DNA of 64,000 nt from Isurus oxyrinchus (lineage: Eukaryota), in assembly GCA_026770705.1 (NCBI GenBank), contig JANJGN010000100.1, positions 744,001 through 808,000 of the forward strand. The letters run 5' to 3'. A program made the translations under genes and the position numbers. The notes under the pieces are model-generated. The model was given only the letters and a program-made list of their open reading frames with translations, was not told the DNA's origin and did no database searches. This document shows positions 39,180 through 48,840 of this stretch, one piece after another. Each line of letters starts with the position of its first letter. The stretch's first letter is position 1.

Positions 39180-40336
39180 ACATTTCCAATACGCATTGCG
39201 ATTCTGCTTCATGTTAATTTCTACGTTTAGTCATTCATGGAACTCCAGTTTGATGTTCTTCCCTTTCATTTCTTGAAAATGTGTCTACCCTGTACCCGAG
39301 TCATTTTCTCTTTAAATATCTCATATTATACGTTTTTGGTTTTAACTATTAATTCACGATTTCAATTAGCCTGTGTCAGGTCCATTAACATATCATTGAA
39401 AATGCTTCACAACTTTATATGTATTTGTTTTCTCATTTTCTAGGAGGATTTTCCATTCAGTTCTGCCTTAATGTAGTTTACAGGAATTAGCAATAAATAA
39501 AAGGCTGTTTTTATTCCTAGAGTCCTCTCTCTATATTTGATCTTTAGGGCTCTCTCACGGTGATATGAAAACAGTACATTGCTGTCGTGTCATTCGTTGC
39601 CACAAAACGTTCCTTGGCTAACCAGTAAGAATAAGAAACTAGTTACACAGTGGCACAATACAAATGGGAAGATAGGATTCGAAAATGGATGAAGAATGAG
39701 ATTTACTTCGGGGAGATGAAAACAAAAACACAGGGATAAACACGGGGTTTGTCTCGACTGAAAATAAAATACTTTCATAGAGATTGAATGTTAGATGGGC
39801 ATAGTGTGGAGGAGTTCAAATATGAGAACGTTAAGTTGAAATTGGGAAAAAAACTAAAAAAAAATGCTAATGGTAATTGATGGCACGTAGCCTAAAATAG
39901 CGATAACAGGCAAAGAGCAGATGATTTGTCGAGAAACTTCCAAATATCTTTGGACTGAACCTGTGCCAGACACATGGAGTGTTAGCAATGCAGTTTAATT
40001 ATTTGAGCAGTGGTAAAGGAATACACAGGATAAGTGTGGAGCAGATAATTCTAAGTCATGTTCTGGAGTCATAAATCTGAAGGAAATTACCACTATTCAT
40101 GGGCCTGAATGTGTTGGCGTGAAATATGCAAACAAAGGTTCTTCAGACATGTTGGGAAGATAGCATGGGCAAAGTTGAGAAGGGTTTGTATAGGAAATTA
40201 GATAGGTAGCCGAAAAAAAGGAAAATACAGAGAAAAATAAAATGCATCACAAATTACATTTGACGACAATGAACAAAACTGGGTAAAAATTGATACAAGT
40301 CTGCAAAGATAAAAGAAGGAGGGCTGAAATGGGGTT

Positions 40337-40384
40337 GAGGAAGTGAACAAATTAATCAGCTGCATAATTCTCGTCAATGCAAAT
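40337..40384. promoter_or_regulatory. Candidate J-C intronic enhancer core (Ets/PU.1 + E-box + octamer)
   Basis: GAGGAAGTGAA(40337-47), CAGCTG(40357-62) and ATGCAAAT(40377-84) within 48 bp, about 1.9 kb into the J-C1 intron. Confidence 0.4.
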
Positions 40385-42307
40385 CTTAAATTCACAATCC
40401 TTTGCCAAGTTGAAAAAACTATATAAAATGATTTCCCTCTGATGTTGGGAATGTGAATATTATTGAAGTATATACTAAAACCATAGTTTTACCTGCTGAT
40501 TTGTCAGTAAAGGCAAGGAATGATATTATGCCACAAAACCTCCTTTTCCAATTGCAGGGAACTGCGTTTAGCGTTTGATATTCCTTGTTACACTCTCCAA
40601 CAAAGGGTTCAAAACATTTTTTTGTCAATAAATTAATGCCTGTTTAAATGCCACGGACAGACTAAGCGGTTGGTCCTGTAACAGCTCAAGTGAAAGGTGA
40701 TAGTTTTAACATGGTTTAAATTGGGGAGCATGAGTTGCAGAGAGAAGGAATTCTATGGGTGGAACAACCTGTATGACACCAGGTAATGGAAGCGATACCA
40801 GTTTACTGCCGCACATTTTAATTTTCAGCTTTCATAGAATGTTACACTTTTCGATTAATGACTGTTCTATCTCTGCAAAGATTCCCTTCAACCTCAGCAA
40901 TGCTCCTATTCCAGTCTGCACCACACCCTTCCTTTTCTGTCTTATTGGGCTAAAGGTTCATCTTTGCCGATGCGCAAACCAGGCAGAAGTGGATCGGCAG
41001 CTATTAAGCGCAGCGCCTGATGTAACGCCCATTGCAACCAGTGAAACTTAACATCAGACGCTACTTTAAACAGGCGGCCGAGCTAAAACCGCCCGTTTTT
41101 ACACTGCCACCAGAGATTTCAAGCCCACCTATCCCAAATTACTAAATTTATTCTTCAAATAAAATAAGGCAGTGAACGGTATAACATACCAAGTGTGCGA
41201 AAAGACCACCATACTCAATGAAGCTTTGAATATAGGGGAGCAGAGCTCTTACTTTATTCCATGCATAGAATTTAAAAGAGAATATAATTTGAACATTGTA
41301 ACCCGCTGTTGCTTTAAAGCTCTCTGCTGTACATCCGAATCGTACACACAGAGAGCCACTATCAGCTAAAGTACGGATCTGGGAGACTGATTTCCATGGA
41401 AACATAATTCCCATAGAATTGCAGTCCAGGGGTGAAATTAGTTTCGTTGGTAATACAACACCAACTGATAGCGAATCGGGAGTCAGTGTTTCACCTTATC
41501 CGGTCTACTTTCCACTGAGTTTCACATTCCAATCTCTTTTAGGAAACTCGACTGGTTTCACTGCCGTTCTTCTTTCATGAGAAATTAAAACCATGATATT
41601 GTAATCCACGTCAATCGAGAAGGGGAAAGACAGCACTTGTAACATAAGTTTCGGAATCTCTAATGCACCTTTAACGCCACTGGGACAGACCAGTGTCATG
41701 CCCAGTCAGTCACTTTCTCGGTCACTGACTTACGCCCTTAAGTCAAAAGTCTCGAATCCACAGGTGCGAATGGACAACAGATTTTCAGGGCGTATGCCGA
41801 TATTAACGTAACTCTTTGTCATAGAGAACGATAAAGGTTTTAGAGGGAGTAATAAATCGTAAGCTGTGTTTTATGAAATAAAAGGATGCATCCATTTTTT
41901 GCTTCCCGAAGTCATCCCTCACTGCAAATTTGCATTAATTATTCGGATTAGAAATGTTGTCTCTCTAATTTATGAAAGAACAGATCAGTAAGGTGGAACT
42001 TTGCAAATTTGGTTCCGTTTTAAGTATTTTTAAAAATCACCATCTTTCTTAATAACTATCTTAAGTGTTATGTGACAGATAAGGTATATACCTAAAACCA
42101 ATTTCACTGTTTTCTCGAACAAAATACCTTTTGAAATAACAAAGCCCTAAGTCCGATCTAAGTTGACTGACAGTCAATCTAATCAGGTACTGGAAAGTAG
42201 CTGTGAACATCACAAACCTGCTTTAGCCGATTTGAAGGAGAACATTGTTTATTCTTATCCTGTATGCACAAAATCTTAGTGACAAAGTAGAAAGAAAGGT
42301 CACTTAC

Positions 42308-42357
42308 CAGAGTTCACAGTGAGCACGGTGCCAGCCCCATCGTAGTAGTAATTTGTA
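42308..42357 (-). CDS. IgNAR: IgNAR J segment, TNYYYDGAGTVLTVNS
   Basis: VNAR-type FR4 motif YDGAGTVLTVN. Ends in phase 1 at the gtaagtg donor (42307). Preceded by a 23-RSS. Confidence 0.96.
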
Positions 42358-42396
42358 CACAGTCATTCAGCTCCCAGTCAGCCTAGCACAAAAAGT
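42358..42396 (+). other. J 5' recombination signal sequence (23-bp spacer)
   Basis: cacagtc(42358-64), 23 nt, acaaaaagt(42388-96). Confidence 0.92.
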
Positions 42397-42711
42397 GTCA
42401 ACGAAGAATAATTTGATAATAAATATCCCAAAGCAAGACGGATCCAAGAATATTTTGCATACTTTTTATTCCTTAATAAATCTTTATTTTTTGTCAGTTT
42501 CTGTTTGTGCCGATAGTTCTCATGAGCAATGTGAATTTTTGTAACATTGAAAAAGACAATCCAGTGTTTCAATGTTACTGGGAATGCGGATAGATTCCAA
42601 CCAAAAGCCAGTCAGGAAGTGATTTCAACCTCTGTGCAGCAAGAGATCAAGTGTAAGAAAGTAGATTATTCAACCACATTCACGAGCAGTAAAGTAAATA
42701 ACTGTCGGGGA

Positions 42712-42779
42712 GGTTTGTGCTGTGGCCCGAGTCACTGTGTCATCGCAGTTACACATCAATTCATCCCAACACAATAAAT
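42712..42779 (-). other. IgNAR D3 segment (coding 42740-42751, TAACTGCGATGA) with 12-RSS on both sides
   Basis: Minus CACAGTG(42739-33), 12 nt, GCACAAACC(42720-12). Plus cacatca(42752-58, non-consensus), 12 nt, acaataaat(42771-79). Frame 2 reads NCD. Confidence 0.85.
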
Positions 42780-43094
42780 CCATTCTCCAAAACTTTACAA
42801 TAAATCCTTCAGGTATTCAAAAAGTTGATTGAAAAATGTAGTAAATCGTTGCCTTTATGTTAGGATCCCTTAGATGTCTATAATTCTCAACCACTAGAAA
42901 AATCCTGGCGAATCTAGAGTGTTCCATTATGAAGACGACATTTATAAAATTTATAAAATAACCACCTAAATAGCTAGAAAAAAGCCTTTAAAATACCAGG
43001 CACTGTCTGACGAAGATAATAAATATTTAGTCATGAGATATCTTAGCCACTCAGAAAGTAATATCTGTTCACTTTGCCTTAAGAGGTGTGGGGA

Positions 43095-43172
43095 AGTTTG
43101 TGTATTATGCGAATCCAGGATTCATTACTGTGGCACACCAGCCACACAGTCATAGGGATCAGTGCAAAAAGG
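43095..43172 (-). other. IgNAR D2 segment (coding 43133-43144, TGGCTGGTGTGC) with 5' 12-RSS and 3' 22-RSS
   Basis: Plus cacagtc(43145-51), 12 nt, gcaaaaagg(43164-72). Minus CACAGTA(43132-26), 22 nt, ACACAAACT(43103-095). Frames read WLVC, GWC and AGV. Confidence 0.92.
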
Positions 43173-43360
43173 TCGCACGTGCAGTAATGCAACGCTCTCA
43201 GTTTTGATGTATACACAATCTGTATACACAACACAAGATTGTTCTTTTAAGCCTTTTATAACTAAACCCATCCAAATCACTGAGAAACCGAAAACTTGCT
43301 GCTAAACCCGTTGAGATATGATGACTTTGTTCTCACTTTTAAAACATAATCTCTGCTGGT

Positions 43361-43443
43361 AGTTTGTGTATTACGGGAACCGTCTTCTCGATTGCTGTGG
43401 CAGCTATCGTATGTACACAGTGGTACAGCCCAGCGCACAAATA
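43361..43443 (-). other. IgNAR D1 segment (coding 43400-43415, TACATACGATAGCTGC) with 5' 12-RSS and 3' 23-RSS
   Basis: Plus-strand cacagtg(43416-22), 12 nt, gcacaaata(43435-43). Minus-strand CACAGCA(43399-93), 23 nt, ACACAAACT(43369-61). Frame 2 reads TYDSC. Confidence 0.92.
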
Positions 43444-43633
43444 GGTTCACATGCGGGGCTGTACATTGAACAACCGCACTTCAAATCCGCATTCTCACTG
43501 CGGAGATTTCTGATCTTGAAAATATCACCAGTTATTTACACAACTCCGCCGGTCTCAGATGGGAATCTGTGAGTGCAAAGTTTGAGTGAAAAAACGAAGC
43601 AGTTCCTATTTTAATCACCAGAAGATCCGAGGA

Positions 43634-43671
43634 TGTTCTTGTATGAGCAGAAGCTCAAACTCATTACTGTG
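43634..43671 (-). other. V 3' recombination signal sequence (22-bp spacer)
   Basis: CACAGTA (43671-43665), 22 nt spacer, ACAAGAACA (43642-43634). Confidence 0.92.
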
Positions 43672-43943
43672 AGTTTGAGCTTTGCAGTAAAACGTGACAC
43701 TGTCTTCAACTGTCAGGTCATTGATTCGCAGGGAAAATGAGTTGCTTCCCTTGTTGACTGATTCAACATATCGGCCGCCAATGGTTATCCGTTCCCAATT
43801 TGTTGATCCCGGGTTTTTCCGGAACCATGATGTAGAGTACAAGCTACAGCAAGTATCCTTTAGGACGCAGTTGATTGTCAGGGAATCGCCTGTCTCTTTC
43901 GTTGCCGTTCTTGGTGTTTGGTCCACTCTAACTCTGAAGGTAC
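43672..43943 (-). CDS. IgNAR: IgNAR V segment (germline VNAR, type II-like with an extra CDR1 Cys)
   Basis: cattcag acceptor at 43944. Open frame (S)[90 protein letters not shown]. Has the VNAR hallmarks C22, W36, C83 and a truncated CDR2 region, and is followed directly by an RSS. Confidence 0.97.
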
Positions 43944-44079
43944 CTGAATGGAGAAAATATATTAAAGAACTTGCGGGTCTGAAACAATGAAAACATTTAA
44001 AGGCAAAGGCAAATTACACAATGCGGGCGCAGCCACACTAATTTATCCAGCACATTCTTTTTTAGCGAACCGCACTTAC

Positions 44080-44122
44080 TTGGTAACCAGGTTAAAAGGA
44101 GCGAAAGGCAGAAAATATTCAT
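44080..44122 (-). CDS. IgNAR: IgNAR leader (signal peptide) exon, MNIFCLSLLLTWLP
   Basis: ATG at 44122. 43 bp hydrophobic exon ending in phase 1 at the gtaagt donor (44079). Resembles known IgNAR leaders (MNIF.LS.LL.WLP). 136 bp intron to V. Confidence 0.95.
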
Positions 44123-44215
44123 TGTTTCTTCACCAGTGTGGAAAACATAAGCAGAACGAACTCTAGACCTCAACACCAACTGTTCTGTGTAACGGTGTGT
44201 AGCAGAACATCGACC

Positions 44216-44255
44216 TTATAAACATCAAGAGGATGGGCGGATTTGCATAGGGCGG
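44216..44255 (-). promoter_or_regulatory. IgNAR V promoter: octamer flanked by two GC boxes, plus TATA-like box
   Basis: Octamer ATGCAAAT on minus (plus atttgcat 44241-44248), GGGCGG at 44235-44240 and 44250-44255, and TATAA on minus at 44216-44220, about 95 bp upstream of the leader ATG. This is the classic IgH V promoter layout. Confidence 0.8.
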
Positions 44256-45279
44256 ACTGATAGACCATTAGCAATGTGGATAGCTTAGGGTTTGCGATAA
44301 GTTCGGTTATGACTTCTATGTCCACAGTCACAGTCACACTAGTCGAATCTGCATCCAATTAATGTGGACAGATCGGCTGACTAAAAATGAAGATACTTCA
44401 CGGTCACCATGTTCAGCTTGTTTCCATACACGCTGATTGCTTTTCATACTATTTTGTTTGTTTTAATTGTACTTTCATGGGGCATGGGCTTCGCTGGCAA
44501 GGCCATCATTGGTGAACAATCACTATTTGTGTATTTGAAGGTGGCTCCTTGAATCGCAGCAGTCCATCTTATGCAGGTACACACACACTGCTGTTAGCAA
44601 CAAATTTACAGGACATTGATTCAGCCACAGTGAATGCATGGCGATATAGTTTCAAGTCAGGATGTTGTGAGGCTTGGAGGAAAACCTGCCGGTCGTAGTG
44701 TTATCATGTGTTTGGTGCATATTGTTGTCTTCAAAATGGTTGATGTGGAAGGTTTGGAAGGTGCTTTCGATGGAGACTTGGCGAATCGCTGTAGTTCATC
44801 TTGCATATTGTAAACGTACATGTTCAACAATTGGCGATGCATTAGTGTTAGATTGATAATCATATCCATGTTTAAATGTCAGCTTTGTGCACCAAATGAA
44901 ATAAACAGCTCTCACTGAAATAACGTCTAAGGGAACAGTCATGCCTTTAATGTGATAAATCTAGTGTCCTACCCGTGATAAACAAAGACCGAATGCTTGG
45001 TTTGAGCTGTGGTCATGCAAGAAACCTTCCTTGTTTTCCATTTTTTTTGCTGTGATATTTTGACTTTTGGTCATGTACAGTTACGCACGCGAAGCTTAAG
45101 AAAGCCTTTGATAGGACAGTACTGGAGAATTATGGAAAGATTAAGGAAAAGAGCGCAAATCAATTAAAATGCATCACAGCAAGGCCAACAGGGATATCAA
45201 TATAATGATTGTTGTTGGAAATGGGTAAAACTCTAGCACATGATTCTGTTCTCTGGGCATGTTTGTTCACCCTGTAATT

Positions 45280-46040
45280 CAGTGATATTATTGTGGTTCC
45301 CGCTCCAAAATCCCTTTCTTAGCTACTGACTCCAACTAATTCCCCGGCAGCAGGCTGTGTTCATGGCAGTCTCATTGCAACCTCGATGTCGTATTTGATG
45401 TGGCAAAGAGCTTCCGACTTCATAATCACATCATATCTAAGATGCACTATTTCCACCCCCATAACATCACTTGACTTCGCCCCTGTCTCAACTCACCCTT
45501 GGCTCTTTTCTTCGTTACCTCTAGATTCAATTATTCCAACGCACTCCTGCCTCCCATATTCTACCCACTGTAAACTTGAAGTCATGTAAAACTTGCTGCC
45601 CTCATTTTACCTCACAGCAAGTCCCACTCACCCATAATCTTTTTGCTCACAGACTGACATTTACTACCTTTGATTTTAATATTCTAATCCTTGTTCTCAT
45701 AAGCCTCCATAGCCTTGCCCATTTCTATATCTATAATCTCCTCCAAACACAAAAACCCTACAAGGGATCTATGCCTTTATTTCTGGCCTCTTGTACACTC
45801 CAAACTTTAATTGCTCCACAGCTGCTGGCCGTGCCTTCAACTGTCTCGAACACAAACTCTGAGATGCAGTCCTTACAGCTCTCAGCCTCTCTGCCTCGCT
45901 TGCTCCATTTAAGGCATTCATTAAACTACCTGTTTGACGAAGCTTTTGGCAATCAGACCCAATATCTCCTTATGTGCCTTGGTGTCATTCTTTATTTAAT
46001 AATTCACACAGGGAAACCCCATAGGCCAATGAAAGGCGCT
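45280..46040 (+). mobile_element. Decayed L2-like LINE 3' fragment
   Basis: Similar to the 35.4-36.1 kb block (LDYSNALL-like remnant, tail region). Confidence 0.45.
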
Positions 46041-48029
46041 ACATTTGATTTTATTAGTTTTGTTGTTATAGCCGTGAGGAGAGTTTTCCGAATGGTGAAC
46101 GCAACATAAGAAACACTTTTTAATATTTGGAAAACCAAACGGAGTTGGGTAATATGCGGGGAAGTGCTAATAAGTGTCAGGGGGCAGTCAATACCAATAA
46201 CATTGAGATGATTCCCTTTGTAAAGAAGGCGCTGGAAATGATACTCTAAAAGAAAATTAGTTCGGTTTTGTGGAAGAGCAGAGAGTTTATGCAATTTTGG
46301 CTCTCCAATATGATATGGACGTTGAGGCTTTAACTGTTGTGCCAAACATTTTTTTTTTGCCTCATTCATTCACAGGATGCCTCTGGTAAAACTAATATTT
46401 ATTTAGTGTCCCTAATTGGCCTTTGGAAGTGGTGGTGAGCATCTTTCCTGACAAGAATGACTTACTTGATAATTTTAGAGAGCATATAAAAGCCAGTTAC
46501 ATGGTTAGGCATTTGGATTTTTGTGTATGTGAGACCGGGTGAGAACATAATGGGAATTAGAAAACGAAAGGGCCGTCCTCTAAAAGAATCTCGTAATTTC
46601 ATCTCAACATTGCTGACTGTAGAATTTTATTTGCAGATTTATTAAATTTACTGAATGTTAATTCCCAAGCTGCTGTTTTGGTATTTTTACTCATGTTCCT
46701 ATACTATTTGGCGAGCCTTGAAGGTTATTTCTTCTGTAGCTTAATCACTCTGCTGCTATTCTTGATGACTAGAACGATGCCAGTTATGACGATATGTAAA
46801 TAGGAATAAAAAAACTATAAGCTTGGTCATTTTTTTAAAGAAAGCTTTCATTAAGAGTAGATAAAGCAAACTGTTTAAAACGTCAACGAACTGGTCAGGG
46901 TAGATAGATGGGAGCAGGACGTTATTAATGATTAAGTGATCAAGGAGAGGACAATATTAAAATTGAGGGATTTTAAGCAGTAATCGAGTGAAACGTCTTC
47001 ATACAGAAAGTTGTTGGGCTGCGGGATTTACGAGCAAGTATAATGTTTGATTCATGAGCTATGTGAACCTGTACGATTAGTCTGGAAGGCCTTTGGAGTT
47101 GACGCCACTTTTTCATCTCGTAAATAGAGCTCAAGGAGCCAGGTGCATTGCCTTTGACAGATAGAAATGTGCATTACCCCCTAAAAAGCACAAAGCCATG
47201 TTTATGTGGACTCATCCCTTGAAAGCAGGGAATAGTACTCTTTTAGCCCTCCAATAGTCGAGCCTATCGGCATTCATTGGAAGAGTAACTGTAAGATCAA
47301 AGATGCAAGTTTCAAAGAATGTGCTTCCCTCCGGTACCCTTCCCACAAGGCTTTGTAACTCAAATCGTCATAACTGAACCGCCCTCTCATAATTTTTGAT
47401 CATTAATATCGACAGGCGGTAAATCACCGTCCGGATGTACTTTGATACAAACCTGCCAATAATCTCCCGAACCATCAACATCTCAATCATTTGTGATTCA
47501 TAATTGTTAGAACGTGGGCCTTACAATTCGATTCACGCAAGCGCAATGCCCATATGGTCAACGAGTTTTCACGTACTTGGGGTTTGCTGTCCTTAACTTG
47601 GTCATATACATAAGCTGGCAATATGATAGTGTTAATGGGCATGGATGAAGTTCATATTATGAAAACAGCGTCGGTTTGATAATAACTGATAGGTGAACTG
47701 TACTATTTCTAATTGCTGGTACCATGAGCATTGCAGCTGACGTTAATATTTGCATATTAATGTTGATGGCGTTAGGAAACCAATATTAAGAGCATCGGGA
47801 AGCCATTTTCATTCACAGAGATTTTAATTGGTTTAATTTAAGCATATGATAACCCAATTATGAAATGGAATGATGGGCATTTAAGGGATCCTAGTACGTC
47901 ACACTGTTTTCTTCTTGCCCAGTTTCAATTATTAACCATCTGCTGTATATGTGGCAGCCACAACATGTTACATGGAGTGTATTCCGTGCTACATACAGAC
48001 TGAGATTGTAATGTAGCTTCCAGAAGATA

Positions 48030-48840
48030 AATAGAAACATAGAAACATAGAAGCAAGGAGCTGGAATAGGCCATTCAGTCCTTCGAGACTGCTCTGCCTT
48101 TCATTATGATCATGGTTGATTATCCAACTCAATAGCCTGCTTCTGCTTTCTCCTCACACCCTTTGAACCCTTTCGCCCCAGGAGCTATATCTAACTCCTT
48201 GAAAGCACACAAATGTTTTGGTCTCAACTACTTTCTGTGGTAACGAATTCCACAGGCTCACCACTCTCTGTGTGAAGAAATTTCTCCTCATCTCAGGGCT
48301 AAATGGTCTACACCACATCCTCGGACTGTGACCCCTAGCTCTGGACTCCCCCACCATCGGAAACATTCTTCCTGCATCTACCCTGTCTAGTCCTCTTAGA
48401 ATTTTATAAGTTTCTATGAGATCTCCCCTCATTCTTCTGAACTCCAGTGAATATAATCCTAATCGACTCAACCTCTCCTCATATGTCAGTCTCACTATAC
48501 CAGGATTCATTCGGGCAAATCTTTGCTCCACTCCTTCTATAGCAAGTACATCCTTACTCAGATAAGGAGACCAAAATTAAACACAATATTCGAGATGTGG
48601 TCTCACCAAGGCCCTGTACAATTGCAGCTATACATCCCTGCCCCTGTACTCGAATCCTCTCGGTATGAAGGCCAACATGCCATTTTCTTTCTTTACTGCC
48701 TGCTGCACCTGCATCCTTACCTTCAGCGACTGGTGTACAAGGATCCCCAAGTGTCGTTGCAAATTCCCCTCTCTCAATTTATAGCCATTCAGATAATAAT
48801 CTGCCTTCCTGTTTTTGCTACCAAAATGGATAATCTCACT
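48030..48840 (-). mobile_element. 5'-truncated CR1-clade LINE
   Basis: ORF LTYEERLSRLGLYSLEFRRMRGDLIETY...FFTQRVVSLWNSLP. Tail repeat (atagaaac)n at about 48030. Confidence 0.92.

Noticed and set aside
29348-42307. Class-switch (S) region in the J-C intron
   Set aside because: No tandem AGCT- or G-rich repeat array was seen. Sharks lack conventional switch regions.
42315-42321. Perfect heptamer cacagtg inside the J coding region
   Set aside because: It results from the L-T-V codons and has no convincing nonamer at 12 or 23 bp.
43214-43241. Cryptic 12-RSS-like cacaatc-12-acaagattg between D1 and D2 (possible fourth D)
   Set aside because: Both elements are poor matches and no opposing RSS defines a coding segment.
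45576-46109. 177-aa plus-strand ORF
   Set aside because: It lies in decayed L2-like sequence with no recognisable domain or exon structure.
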